In this document: positions 23,863 through 38,149 of the stretch, piece after piece
Layout of the letters: every line of letters begins with the position of its first letter
Position numbering within the stretch: the stretch's first letter is position 1
Notes under the pieces: model-generated
The model's input: the letters and a program-made list of their open reading frames with translations, nothing else
What the model was told of the DNA's origin: nothing
Database searches by the model: none
NCBI GenBank assembly: GCA_964016885.1
Contig: OZ024740.1
Location: 237,522,001 to 237,586,000, forward strand
From: Eledone cirrhosa
Lineage: Eukaryota
DNA: 64,000 nt
Direction: 5' to 3'
Translations under genes and position numbers: made by a program

Positions 23863-24382
23863 AGTTACATTTATCTTGCTTTATGTTCATACGAGTTATC
23901 ACCAAGTAACAACCAGTGACCTCAAGAGACAACAAGGTCCGCCATGTTCAAGAAAGAACATACATACTCACACATGCATCTTTAGTGTTTAGACTTGTGA
24001 TGTACTTATATTGACAGAATCTTCCTTAGAATATTGGCAGTTCCCATTAATACTATCTTTTGTATTTCTCCTATACGCGGGTTTCCTGGGATTTGCGATA
24101 AGTAATCATTAAACCCCTTAGGTATCATTCCCAGAGCGCCTACAACCACTGGTATTGTTTTAGTTCTCAATTTCCACATTTTTCCAATTTCTATCTTCAG
24201 GTCCTTATACGTGCTCAATTTTTCAAATGCTTTTATAGATACATTCTTGTCTATTGGAATGGACATATCAATTAGCAGGCATACCCTCCTTTGAAAGTCC
24301 TTCAATATTATATCAGGTCTATTTGCATCTATTTTTCGGTCTGTTTGGATGCTAAAGATCCATAAGATTGAGATGTGATCTT
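23861..24382 (-). mobile_element. 3' fragment of a second R4-clade family
   Basis: CLLIDMSIP..KLSTYKDLKIEI..IPVVVGALG..QKIVLMGTA. Its 3' UTR is shared with 25812-25956. Confidence 0.85.
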
Positions 24383-24401
24383 TATTATTATTATTATTAT
24401 T

Positions 24402-25785
24402 GTTCTTTGAGTCTCAGTCATTGATGTTAGTTAACTGGAAAGTTTGTTGAAATGAATATCAAGCCACTACCTGCAGCCTCAGATATTCAGGATGTATCGG
24501 AGGGTTCTTGCTGTTCCCAGCAAGCATGCCTTTTGAAGCGTTCCAAAAAGCGTGAAGGGGCGAATTTTCTTTAGCCAACCCTGGAAACTTTTTGAGATAG
24601 TACCTAGTGCGCCTATGACAATCGGGACCACTTTGACTTCATGGCAGTTCCAAATCCTTTTTACCTCCCACTTTAAGTCCTGAAATCGGTTAATTTTCTC
24701 CCTCTCCTTCTCTTGCACTCTCGTGTCGAATGGGCAGGCAACATCCACAATCAGGCACGATCTTTTTTCTTTGTCCAAAACCACCAGGTCAGGTCTATTG
24801 TGTTCCAGTTTCTTGTCCGTCTGTATCCTAAAATCCCACAACACCTTCACCTGATCGTTTTCTATCACCGACTCTGGCTTATGCTCATACCACTTCTCAA
24901 AATGTGGTAAATTGTTTACTTTGCATAGGTGCCAGTGGATCACCCTGCCCATCACATCATGTCTCCAGCCCTTATAGTGAGTCTGGGCTAGGTGTTTACA
25001 CTCGGATACAATGTGAGCCACAGTCTCCTCTCTCTACAGATCCTGCACAGTGGGCTAGCCTCCTCCTTGTAAATATGGTGTTTCAACCACTTCGTTTTGA
25101 GGGCCTGCTCTTGCGCAGCCATTAACATTCCTTCTGTAGCCTTTTTAAGGTCTCCTCTTTTCAACCAGTTCCATGTCTGTGGATCTCTGAGTTCAGTTTT
25201 CTCAAAGAAGGTACTTTGAAGGGATTTTTCCTGAAGGCTGCTCTTTCTCCTTGTTGTTATTTCCTCCCTGGACATCCCCTGGTCTATTGTCCTCTCCTTT
25301 AGTACAGTTCTGAGCATTGGCTCCTTACTATCAGTCACATATTTGTGTAGGTTGTTTTTCTCCATCTGAACACAGTCCTCTATGCTGATAAGACCTCTTC
25401 CACCTTCAGATCTCCTTAAGTAGAGTCTATCGACATCACTCCTCTTGTGGAACATGTTGTAGATAGTCAATAATTTCCTAGTCTTCCTATCCATTTCTTT
25501 TTGTTCAGCAACATTCCATCTCAGAATTCCCGCACTGTACCTAATAATAGACACAGCTCGGGAATTTACTGCACTTATGGCATTCCTACTGTTCAGATGT
25601 GACTTTAATACGCTCCTTATTCTTCGACTGTATTCAGTTCTTATCAATTCCTTCATTTTTTTGTTCTTGATGTCATCAGCCTCCAGAACACCCAAATACT
25701 TGTATCCTTCTTCAGTGTCAATTTCCTTTATCATCTCACCTGTTGGTACCTGGATTCCGTTGCTTCTGCTCAATTTACCCCTCTA
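24402..25785 (-). mobile_element. 5'-truncated R4/Dong copy with frameshift
   Basis: ORFs 24988-25773 and 24479-25021 match the C-terminal part of the intact ORF. Frameshift in a (ct)n run near 25025. Confidence 0.9.
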
Positions 25786-25811
25786 TTTTATTATTATTAT
25801 TATTATTATTA

Positions 25812-26100
25812 CAGTTGCATTTATCTTGCTTTATGTTCATACGAGTTATCACCAAGTCACAACCAGTGACCTCAAGAGACAACAAGGTCCGCCATGTTCA
25901 AGAAAGAACATACATACTCACACATGCATCTTTAGGTGTTTAGACTTGTGATGTACTTATATTGACAGAATTTTCCTTAGTATATGGGCAGTTCCCATTA
26001 GTACTATCTTTTGTATTTCTCCTATACGCGGGTTTCCTGGGATTTGCGATAAGTAATCATTAGACCCCTTAGGTATCATTCCCAGAGCGCATACAACCAC
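25812..26100 (-). mobile_element. 3' fragment of the second R4-clade family
   Basis: Near-identical to 23861-24150. Bounded by (tta)n on both sides. Confidence 0.85.
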
Positions 26101-26151
<51 letters not shown>

Positions 26152-29100
26152 CACCTCCAACAACACGACAGCAAACACAGAAAACACCAACACCCCAACA
26201 GCAGACACAATACACAGCCATAGACACAGACAACACAAAGCTTTTAAATTACATTCAACACCACACCAATATCACAGAAACAAACTACATACAAACCACC
26301 AAAATTGCACCCCCCCACACACATAAAAATAATAGAAATTACACAAAAAAATTATATAACATTAAAAAAAATGTTCCCCACATCAATTGTAGACTACCGA
26401 GGGAACATCACCAAAAGAATATTCACGGATATTCTCGTGGAGAAACCCACCAATGGTCGGAGGGATAGATCACCCACCCCCTTCCTAAAGAAGAGCCACA
26501 GGTAATTTTTTTTCTCCCCTCTCACTTGTTTTCTTCCTATCCTAGCCAACATGGCTACTCTCAGAATAGGTAGCATAAATGTACATGGCCTGGGGTCGTC
26601 TTGGAAGAAGGTGCACCTGCTGAACGATCTCAGGTCGCTAAACATAGATGTGGTGCCCATCAGCGAGACCAGAATCTCCGAGGCATGGGCCTTCACACCG
26701 ATCTTCGGCGGCTACTATGTGAACGCATCTCCCAGCCGTCCTGGATCAGGGGGTGGAGTTGCTGTGATTTTTTGGAGAGGTTTGGATCTCGCCATACGGG
26801 CCATCTTCCTGGACCCGGAAGGTAAGTTGGTGGTGCTAGACGTGACCAGCGGAGACGGGCAAGCTTTCAGGCTAGTGGCCGTCTATGCCCCGACAGGAGC
26901 TGGGCGGCCTGATTTCTTCCGGCGTCTGGAGACCTTTCTTGGAACGTCCCGCTCTTTAGTGTTAGTGGGCGACTGGAACGGGATCTTAGATGCACGCTGG
27001 GACTGTGTGGGATTAGAGGATAGGGGAGGATGGTGCAAGAGCCTCACCAACATGCTCAGGCGTTTTGAACTGTCTGACAGGTACCGATTGGATTTCCCGA
27101 ATGTGCCAATGTGGACTTGGACAAACCGTATCGGGTCATCCAGATCATATCTAGATAGAGTATTTTGTAGGGAAATAGATAGGTCTAGCATAGGCCGTCC
27201 ACAATTCAAGATAGTCAGCTACACGGACCACAAATTCGTGATCTGTGTGGTTGACTTAGATAGGCTTCATAGACGAGGACCCGGCTACTGAAAGTTAAAC
27301 GCGTCATTACCAGCGCGCAAGGCCTACAGAGACTGGATTAACGAACTAGTTAAGCGGGCGTTGACGGGGGCCATCGTCAACAAGAAGTGGTTATTTGCTC
27401 TGAAAAGAGCAATTAGAACAGTGTCCATTAGGTTTAGCAATAGAGAAAAATAGAGCAGAGGGAGAACTAGTTAGAAAATTAGACGAGGCGCTTAGCAAAG
27501 GCATCACGACCGACGTACTTGCGGCGAAATTGGCCCTTGACCAATTCTTCAATGCAAAGCACGAAGGCTGCGTTGCCAGAGCTAGGGTGCGTGCTCTCAG
27601 ATACGAGGGGACGAAAGCCGTTCAATGGTCCCGAGTGGCGGAGGCGCGTCGTGGCAACAAAGCCACGATCCGGTCTTTGGTGGACCACGATGGGCGCATG
27701 CTACTCGATCCCGGGAAAATGTGTGAAGCTTTTCAGCGACACTTCGCTATTCGGGGGCAGCGGCGGGCCGGATCAAGAAATGGACTTTAGTGTCTACCTC
27801 GGCGACTGCCGCGGCTCTCGGCCACTGAGGCGGAGAGTTGCGAAAAGCCGATAACAGCAGCTGAAGTACGGGAGGCAATCACTGGCTGCACAAGGGGTAA
27901 ATCGCTTGGTTTAGATGGTCTGCCCTATGAACTTTACGTACAGATGCCAGACTTGTTCGGAGGCCTCTTGGTGGATGTCTACTGCAACTTGCAACAGAAC
28001 GGGAGAATTCCCAGCTCTGTGAGCCGAGGAGCGGTGGCACTGCTGAAAAAGGATCCGAACAAGGGGGATAACATAGATAATTTTAGGCCATAACTCTGCT
28101 AAACACAGAGTTCAAGATTTTGGCCAAGGTGCTAGCAAAGAGATTGGCGCTTGTCGTTGGTGGTCTGGTTGGAGAGGCGCAGACAGGCGCCATTCCAGAC
28201 AGATCCATCCATGACAACCTCCACCTCATGTGATACATCGTGGAGAGGGTAGCTAGGGAACCTGGCACGGTGGGTCCTTGATCAATTTAGATCAGTCGAA
28301 AGCTTTCGATAGGGTCGACCATCGTTATCTAGCGGCAGTCCTGAGGGCGGCTGGCTTTGGGCCCGTCTTCAGAGGCTGGATCACTGCCATGCACAGCGAC
28401 ATCTGCTCTGTGGTGAGAGTGAACGGTCACCTTTCAGAACCTTTCAACATCATGCACTCATTCCGCCAAGGATGTCCACTCTCGTCCCTCTTGTATGTAT
28501 TGACTCTCGAGCCATTACTGCACAACCTGGAGACATTGAAGGGGGTCCCGCGCGAACTAGGATCCGGAAGATCCGTGTCAGCATATGCGGACGATGTCAC
28601 CGTAGTGGTGTCGAACGCCAAACACATCAAGGCGACCGGCAACACACTAAGAGAATACAAAGCGGTGACAGGAGCAATGATCAACCAGGAAAAGTCAGTG
28701 GGCCTGCAGATCGGCACCTGGAGAGGCAGGTCCATGCCGTCCAACAGCGTCATCGGGTGCTGGACGGACGGACCGGTTAAATTGCTAGAGGTCTGGTTCG
28801 GTCCGGACCTCCAGACGGACAAAAACTGGGACGAGGTGACGAGCAGGGTGGCTTCTCTCACCCAGAAATGGGCGGAGAGGAAGCTATCCCTGAAGGGTCG
28901 AGCAGAGGTGGATAACGCGTACATCGCGTCCGTCATCTACTACCACCTGACCGTCGTACCTTGTCCTAAGCCCCGCCTGACTGCGCTGGAGCGTTTGCTC
29001 TTTCGCTTTTTGTGGAAGGGACACGCTCCGATGGTCAGGCGGTCCATTTACTGTCAACACCCACTACGTGGAGGGCTGGGCAAGCCGTGGATGATGATGC

Positions 29101-30189
29101 GCAGACACGCGCTCAGGCTACGACATCTCCACCTCGACGGTGATCAGGTGTGGTCGCCGTTTGCTAGACGTGTCTTTCCCCAGCTCGTCTCCTTGACGGA
29201 GCTGCAGTCCTGGGTCAAGCGAAGACCGAGAGGGAGCGCTTGGAGACTGGAATGTCTTCAGGCGCTCACAGCCCTCGACCAATCGGGCAATGTGATCGGT
29301 GGAAACTCCACCTTGGCGTTCTATAGAGGATTAGTGGAGGGGAAGAGCGACGACGTACTTGGGGAAACTCTAGGCGTCGACGAAAAATCAACTAGCCAAT
29401 CTCTTTGGAAGAACTTTCGGGCCGGGGCCTATGGACAACTTCCAGAAATCCCTGGCCTGGCAGTGCTACCGAGGAGCTTTGCCAGTTCGGGATAAACTCT
29501 ACAGGCATGGAAGTGCCGTCAGCCGGGCATGTCCGAGATGCGCGCAGAGCGACAAAACCGTCCTGCATGCACTCGTCCAGTGTCCGAGCATTGCTGACTT
29601 GTGGGTTTATGTCCAACACCTGCTGTCACATGTAGAACGAATCCGACTATCAGCTGAGTCCATCGTGAGGATTGCCCCACCCTTTTCCTTTAGCTGGGAA
29701 GGGCAGGCAGTTTTTATCTGTCTGGTGGCCATGGCGAAAGAGATAGTATGGTGAACACGTCTGAAATGGCTGAAGACGAGCACTTACCTCTTCGGTGATG
29801 CCCTGATTAACTTTTTCAAATTTCATTTGAAAAGGAAAATCAGGGTAGAGAGGGAAGTGCTCTTTTCCCAGCATGTTGTTGAAAGATGGGTGAGAGAGGC
29901 AAGTATGGCCCGAGTGAATGGACTACTCTGAGTATATGCCTGTAAATTGAAGGTGGAAAACTGGGAGAGGACATTTGCCCTGGTGGTCAGGGTCACCGTG
30001 GCTTTTTTTAATGGGCTTTCTCCACGATGGCCCTCGGAAGTCTCCCCCCCTATTGGGGAATTTTTCGTTGTTCTTTTATTACATCCTCTGTTTTGTTTTT
30101 TTACACGCAGAAATGCCCATTTGTACCGTCCTGTATTGACCTTATTGTCTACTTTGTGTAAACCCTTGTGGTTAATAAAGAAAGCATTG
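26152..30189 (+). mobile_element. Tx1/L1-clade LINE: complete but disrupted ORF2 (APE, RT, CCHC), 5' truncated
   Basis: SINVHGL, SETR, VYAP, GDWN, SYLDR, TDHK (APE). NFRP, DQSKAFDRVDH, RQGCPLS, AYADD (RT). CPRC..HALVQC. Several stops and frameshifts. Confidence 0.88.
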
Positions 30190-30380
30190 CGGTGGATTGG
30201 CAGTATCGGTAGAGGGTCGGACGCCATGCTTTCCAGCATAGTTACGTCCCTTTACGATCTGAGTTCAAATCCCGCCGAGGTTGACTTTGCCTTTCATCCT
30301 TACGGGGTCGATAAAATAAAGTACCAGTAATGCACTGGGTAATTGCTGGCCTTGTACCTAAAGTAGAAACAATTATTATT
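30190..30380 (+). mobile_element. tRNA-derived SINE with (ATT)n tail, followed by a degenerate partial copy to ~30497
   Basis: Near-identical to 2787-2985 and 63093-63272. Confidence 0.85.
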
Positions 30381-31299
30381 ATCATTGTTGTTTGGTGGTG
30401 CATTGGCAGTATCAGACGCCATGCTTTGTAGCATAGAGTTACGACCCTTTACCTTCTGAGTTAACTTTGCCTTTCATCCTTACGGGGTCGATAAAATACT
30501 CCTTAAACTTGAAGCTGTTAAGGAGTGTGCCCAAGACCAATAAACAAAGAAATGCCACAGATCAACTACACATACACACCCTTTACTACCTTACCCTGAG
30601 GTCTACATTCCTCACTACACATATACACTTACACCCCCACACCCATACATATATTATACACATATTCACATTAAACTCTAATGTTATCATCCATTCAAAT
30701 TAAATCTATATTCCTCACTACACATACACACTTACACTCACACACACATATATATATCATACACAATTATCACACATTTTCCCCTTATATCATATACATA
30801 TTCACACGTGTGTTTCCCTATACACACTTACACTCACACACACATGCATATATCAAACACATATTCTCACACGTATTTCACTACACACATGCACAAAACT
30901 TTAAATTTTAACGTCTTTTTCATAGATTTAAATAAAATCTGCCACCCAAACAACTCTTCTCCGATTTCTCTTTAAATACCTATACACGGATCCTCTCTCT
31001 TCAGAATAGATTTTAAATCCCAAAATATTTGAGATCAATAAAATTGCTAAGGTAAAATTCTACCATTCTCACTCTTTTATCAGTCTTTTATTCTCTATAA
31101 CTCCTATTACCTGGCAATTTTAATCTTGCATGCATTGTCTGGCTTCCAAATACATTTGAATAAAAATATTTTATTCAAATTACAAATAAAAAAAATATAA
31201 TAATAACATTATACATAAAAGAAATAGAAATATAATACAATGCTTACAGAACGAGAGCACAAACGAATATAATATAAAGGAAGGGGTGGACAACTGAGC

Positions 31300-31570
31300 C
31301 ACTACCAGAGAAAAAGATAGCAGTATCATGAGGAGCACTGGAAAACATCTCTAATAATTTTTTAGGCAAACCAGCACGCTCGCTGCGTTACCTTGAGTGA
31401 TGGCCAGGCTGATGAGTTGGAACAACCAAGCGCTCTCTCGAGATTCACCAGTTACTTCTATTAGGCGAGCTGCCAGTGAAGATAGGAATCTCGCAGTCAT
31501 CAGCCTGAACGTCTCGAATGCCACAAGCTGGAAATTGTAGTTGGCCGACAGATCACAGTATTTTAGAATA
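31300..31570 (-). mobile_element. CRE-clade LINE 3' fragment
   Basis: FQLVAFETF..FLSSLAARL..TGESRESAWLFQLISLAITQGNAASVL matches the CRE-type C-terminal QRxSxAxQRGNA motif. Confidence 0.7.
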
Positions 31571-32979
31571 TTCCACAATGCTTTAAGCAAACTACAGCAC
31601 TTTGTTATATATATATATACAAAGATATATATATAAAAAGATGTAGGAAGCTTAGAGGAAGAAAATAACTGCAATTACTGACACTTGCTATAAAATAGCT
31701 TATGAAAATTGGAAAAAGGCCCCTAGAAATGGAAAAAATGTTGTCATTGGCTGTTACGAAGAATTGAACTCTGTGTTTCACAGATACCAGCTAGATGCTC
31801 TAACAATTGAGCTGAGGGATCCCTGACAACATCTTACCATTTAAATAAGGAAATGAATCAAACAGCTTTTTTAAATATAAACGAACGGCATGTGTGAATC
31901 TTGAACTTTCAAACTTACTAAGCATTGAAGAAATATATTTATAAGAAGATATAGAAAGCTCAGACAGTAATTGCCGTTATTTTCTACATCTGATGATGAT
32001 GATGTGTGACAAGTTTCTACATAAATATCATCTACAAAATTCAACCTACAGGGTATTGGAAAACTTAAGTCTACAGTAGAAGATACTGACTCCAAGTTGT
32101 CACACAATGAAATTGAAACCAAAACTCTTTAGTTATGAAATTAACTTCTTAACCACACAGACATACTTGTACCTTATGTGAATTAATTTTAAAGAATGAT
32201 ACACTGAAATTGTTTCTAATTGTCTCCTCTCAAAAGGTATGATATTAAATATTTGGTATTCATTCCAAACAGACCAGAAAACTCCAGTGCTTAGTAAAAT
32301 ATCCAGAAATACAACATAGAATCTGCATCAGATTTTTAAGCTTACAATATAACTACTGAATGTTTGATATCTTTTCTACTTCACATTACTTCTACAAAAC
32401 AAGTTTTGTAAACATATTGAGATTTCATTATATTTTTGTTTCCACTAACTAATTTTTGTCTTTTTCTTTCCTGTTATATTTGAAGAAAGTCTTATATAAT
32501 GAGAATGATTTATCTTGTCTATTATTTCTTTAAAATGTTTAAACTAGATAATTTCAAAAGATTTTCATTTCATTATATTCCTAATGAGTGTTAAACCACT
32601 TCAGTCATAAGTATTTTTGATTGAGGTAAATTCTATTAGCTCTACTACATGAAGAATTTCTCTTGCAGTAAAAGCTATTTAGCAATTTCAAATTCAGCTT
32701 TCAAAAGTAAAACCAATTCAGCATGTCAAATATGATTTACCATTTAAAAAACTGGATTAAGAAATTGTTTTGTCATGAATGTAATAGATGTAGCTCTGAT
32801 TGATACAAGTGTTTCTTTACCTATGTGGTAAATTTAACAAGCTGAAAAATTTGGCAGATTAAACTTTTTTTCTGTCATTCCTTTGAAATAAAAATTAAGA
32901 AATTTATTGATTCACGGAAGTTAGCTATAAAACAATCTATATTGCTAATTCAACTCATCTAGACTACTAATGCATATAT

Positions 32980-32981
<2 letters not shown>

Positions 32982-33026
<45 letters not shown>

Positions 33027-36000
33027 TTAACATCCACTTTCCATGTTAGCAATAGTTGGATGGGTCTTCCCAGACCGTGTCTGTACTAAAGCAGGTCCAC
33101 TGACCTCCCAAACAGACTGGGAGTTCACATCTCACATACATACAGTTCCACTTTTTACCAAGTGCATTTTGTCATTACACCAGCACTACAGAGGCTGCCA
33201 TGTCTTTGCCATAACTGAAGGGTCTTATCAACCATTTTAGGCATGGTATCTACAGCGGGGTGCCCTTCCCATCACCAAACACATTATGGGGTCTACCGGA
33301 TGCGTTTTTGTGACATCATCACTAGAGAGGTTGTTGGTCATTGTTCTAACTGAAGAGCCCTCTCTGCTCTGGGGAAGGGGTGATAGAGGAGGGAGATAGG
33401 TATGAAGTTATAGGTGTATGTGGTAATTTGGCAGGATGATAAGCAAGGGGACGAGATAGCTGATAGCGTATGGAGGGAGGGGTGGTGTATGTGAGGGTGA
33501 GTGCAAGGATGGAGAGATAGCTAAGTGGTGATAATGAGGGGATGATCAAGGGCTAGAGAAAGTAGCTGCTGAGGTGTAATAGTGAAGGTATCTAAGAGCG
33601 TTAGAGGGGTGAGAACCTAAGGAGTGGTTCTGGAGGGGGCATGGGTGGGCAGTGCAGGGGTGGTGAGGATAGCTGCTGAGTGTGGTAGTGGAAGGGGAGG
33701 CACATAGATGGGTCAGGTCATATTGTATTGTATGCTTATGGTGTAGTCTTCATCATCACAGCATAGCGCCAGCCCTCTCAATCCTTTGTCATATCAGTTG
33801 TGAGGCTTAGTTTCTTAAGGGCCTCTTCACTGCCTCGTTCTAATTCTTCCTGGGTCTGCCTCTTCCATGGGTTCCATCTACTGGGATTTATCTGCATTTC
33901 TTCATGTAGCTGCTATTTTCCATACACATCACATGTCCATACCAGCACAGTTTTCTCTTGCACACTACATCCAATTTTTCTTATACTAAGTTTTTCTCTC
34001 AGTTCACTTATGCTATGTTCATGCACACTAACATTACACATCCATTGGAATATACTCACTTTATTTATTTCCAGTCTTCACAGATCTTCTGCAGTCAAAA
34101 CCCATGTTTTATTGTGATGTAGCATTGCAGTTCACACACAGGCATCATACTGTCTACCTTCCACTCTGAGAGAGAAGCCCTTTGTTGTTAGCAGAAGAAT
34201 CAGCTCTCAAAACTTCTTCCAGCCTGTTCTGATTCTGGCAGTGAATCCTCCTCCATAGCTAATTTGATTACCTATGTAACAAAGTCTGTTGACAACTTCC
34301 AAGGAGCTTCCCTGGTAACTGAAGGAATCTACTTCAAGTATGTTCTTAGTGCTTAGTTCTCCTTGACATCTGCCACATACAAAATCTGTCTTTTCTGTTA
34401 ATCTGCCTGCTATCCCACTACATCTCTTGTGCATCCATAGATTATCCTGTGCACACCTTATAGAATTTCTGCCCACCCCTTTCTGATATATTGAACATGG
34501 TCATTTTCCTGATAGTGTCACCCTACTGTTCTCTTTTCTACTTATTCACACTTTCATCTTTGCTACATTTACTTTTAGACCTTTAAGCTCTAGGTTCTTC
34601 TTCCATGTTCGAAACTTTGTCTTTAATTCTCCTATAGTGACTAGGTCATGAGCATATAAGAGGTCCTGTGGAATGCCAGTTTTAAATTCTTCAGTGAGGG
34701 TCTGAAGAAAAAAGATAAGCAGGAGTGGACTGAAGACTGAGCCCTGGCAGATCCCCACCTGCACTTAAATTTCATCACTGTACTCATCTTAAACTCTTAC
34801 GCCACTGGTTTCTCCTCTAAACATAGCCTGCACGGCCCTCACAAGCCATTTGTCTACACATATGTTCCTAAGTGCCCACCAGATTACAGAGTATGGGACC
34901 CTGTCAAAGGCCTTCTCCAGATCAACAAATGAACAGTGGCTTACTCTTAGCTAAGTACCTCATCTGTAGTTGCCTTACAACAAAAAAGGCATCAATATGC
35001 CCCTACCTGGCATACATCAGAACTGCATCTCATCTAACTTGATTCTGTCCCTAATTAGTTGTGCTATAACTCTTTCAGTAATTCTCATGACCTGGTCCAT
35101 CAACTTGATGCCTAAGTGGTTACTTCTCTCTAGTGCATCTCTTTTTCCTTTGTAACAATTTATAATGACACTGCTACACCAGTTGTTGGATATGACCCCA
35201 TCTTGTACTACTTGATCAATTATGCATCTGACTAGCAGATATCCTACCATGCCAGATGCTTTTAGTATCCCAGTAACTATAGCAGATGGTCCAGCTGCCT
35301 TCCCTACCTTCATTTCTTTAATTGCTTCATCTACCACAACTTTTATAGTTGGTCCCTCAGTTGGATCTGCATGTGTAGACCCTTGTTGTCCCATTTATTC
35401 TCTTCATTTAGCCATCCCTCATATGAAGTCTTCCATGCTTCTTTCTTTTCAGCATCAGGCAGGGCAAGTGCTCCACTATCATATCACATACACTTTTCTC
35501 CAACCGCATCACATTTTTCTCTAGATCCAGAACACTTCACGCCTCTAATCTTCACAGTGCCGAACATGTGCAAATATCTTTTCTGCCTTTGCCCTTGCTA
35601 TGTCTACCTGGTACCTGGTACTTGGCCCCTCTTTTAGCTATTTGTTATTTCTCCCTGTCTCCCCCTTTACTCCAGTTTCTTACTTCCAGGTTTGTGTTTT
35701 TGTTTTTTATTGCTCCATCTACCTTATCATTCCACCACCACATCACCCTCTGTTTTAGTGGGACCTTGCTCCAGCTGCAGACCTACTTTGTGGCTTCCAG
35801 CAGGTTGTCCCATAAGAATTCCCAGTTTTCCTATATGTCATATATCCCCATCTCCTCTTCTTTACTGTCATAGGTGTCATATGGGATTTCTCTGAATTTT
35901 TTTACTGGCAGTAGATTCTTTTAGCTTCCAGATATTCCTTCTCCAGACTGGCTTTTGTCTTTTAGTCCATTTAGTAAATATTCTAAGGTCACTGACAACT

Positions 36001-36430
36001 AGTCTATGTTGGGAGGTACATTATTCCCCAGGAAAGGCTTTGGCATTTACAATCATTTGCCTGTCCCATTTCCTGGTCTGTTTGGCTTGTATGCCCTGCT
36101 GATTGGTAGGTAATCAGGTGGCTGGCTGTTTCATTAAGTCAAGAGATCCACAGAGCTCTAGAAGCCTATTCCCCTCATTTCTTGTGCCATAACTGTAACC
36201 TCCATGTACACCAGGGAATCCAACATGTCCATTGAAGTCACCAGTTGCAATAATGAGATGACTGTCATTGAAGTAGTCTGTAAGAGAGCCTCATAGAAAT
36301 ATGTCCTTTTTTGCTTATCTGTGAGTCCAGCTCATGGGGTGTATCCAGATAGTATAGTAGCTGTAGTATTGTCCAAAACAAGTCTAAGTTTAACTATTCT
36401 ATCACTCAACCTAACTACCTCAATTACCTG
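32982..36430 (-). mobile_element. Decayed near-full-length RTE LINE with (GAT)n tail
   Basis: GKAAGPS..GIKLMDQVM..DEMQF, QGSVFSPLL..LLYAHDL, W.HKRCSG. APE remnants at ~35990-36400. (cat)n tail at 32982-33025. Confidence 0.75.
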
Positions 36431-36629
36431 ATGTACCCATCCCTCTGTGATGCTACCTCAATTACCTGGTGTACCATTTACCTTTCATTGTTCTGATATT
36501 GATAGTGGCAAATCTTAAGTTCCACATTTGATGATAAGAAGGCTATATGTGTGTCTTACTATTTTAATGGGCCTGGGAGATTGGAGGACTGCACAACTGC
36601 TTGATAATAATCAGGGGTATTACATGCAT

Positions 36630-36756
36630 GTTATGTGTGTTTGTGTGTGAGTGTGTATGTATGTGTGTGTGTGAGAGTGTATGTGTGTGTGTGTGTGTTT
36701 GTGTATGAGTGTATGTGTGAGAGTGTGTATGTGTGTGTGTGAGTGAGAGAGAAAGT

Positions 36757-36787
<31 letters not shown>

Positions 36788-36806
36788 CGTGTGTGTGTGA
36801 GAGAGA

Positions 36807-36869
<63 letters not shown>

Positions 36870-36878
36870 TGTGTGTGT
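36630..36878. repeat. Imperfect (TG)n/(GA)n microsatellite
   Basis: Seen directly. One of dozens of (TA)n, (CA)n, (GA)n, (TAA)n and (GAT)n tracts in the window. Confidence 0.95.
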
Positions 36879-38149
36879 TTCTTCATTTATTTATGTCATA
36901 AAAAAGCTACATTGTAAGAGATTTCTCCAGAAAATAAGTTGATATTAACCAAAATAAAATTAAACTAAACTAAAAATAGAATTTGAACGAAAATTCTTTG
37001 CTTATGTAGATTTTTAAATATTATTTCATATTTATGCTAAGATAAAACTAGAATATTGTGTGAATTGAAAAATTGACCTAGAGCAGATTGTTAACTGCAG
37101 GAAAATCTATTCATAAGACTTTCAGGCACTTTAATCTAAAAATATTTCTTGTGAAGACAAGTTTAACTGTTGAAACTATAAGATGGTGGCTTTCTGCTAA
37201 TAAACTGCTTATGGTATCTACTGCTGTTTTGTCTTTGTTATTCATTTTGAAGTCGGTTTAATGTTATTATAGGTTTGAGTTTATGGTAAACATTTTTTCA
37301 TATTTTTTACTATTTTATATCAACTGCCATCATGAGTGAAATCGGCTTTTGAAAATGTGTATGTTTCAGGTATTGTTTGGGTTTCTAGATGCTCGTCTTA
37401 CTACAAACCATCTAAGAATGGTTCTTGTTTATTAGCCAGGCAGTTTGAAGGAAGCAAGATTATCTACTTGAATCAAGAATGCATGCAACATGATAGTTTC
37501 ATTTAGGTTTGAATGAGCCAAAATGGGAGCCTCTATACAATTACAGAACATGCTAGAAAAGGCAATTAAATTTCCTTCAAATGAAACCCTATTATCTCTG
37601 AAAACCAATACACGATGGTCATGACTAGAATATCTTTGAACATAGGTCTGCTTGATCAGAACTAACATAAAGGCTAAGGAACAACAACTAAGGTTTCAAC
37701 ACTTAACCATATAATCAATAATTATAAATTCCATAAGTCAAAGCCTAAAAGCTTTTCTAACTAGATTTTCCTCCAAAACAATCATGGTCAATTATTCAAA
37801 TGGATTAATTTAGCAAAATTGCAAACGTGGGAGATACCAATTATCTGTCAATCAATTGGTGCAACCCTAATAATATATTTATATATTGAATGTCGGCAAT
37901 GCAAATATTGGGATGATCACAAATCATAGAACTTGATGCAGAGTGGGTATATTAATGAGATGGAGGTTCAGCCATGAGCTCAAACAGTAACAACCTCTCC
38001 AAATTCTTTAGGAATAATCATTATTCCAAAAGAAGTTTGGGGAGGTTATTACAAGTTGAAACAGCTCAAACTTGCAGTCAAATTTCTACCTGAATATATA
38101 TATATATATATTTATGTATATATGAATATCTTACTCACCAGATCTCTGT

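Noticed and set aside
37370-37506. Plus-strand exon candidate after tttcag (GIVWVSRC...)
   Set aside because: It runs into a stop within what looks like a repeat, has no clear donor, and shows no recognisable homology.
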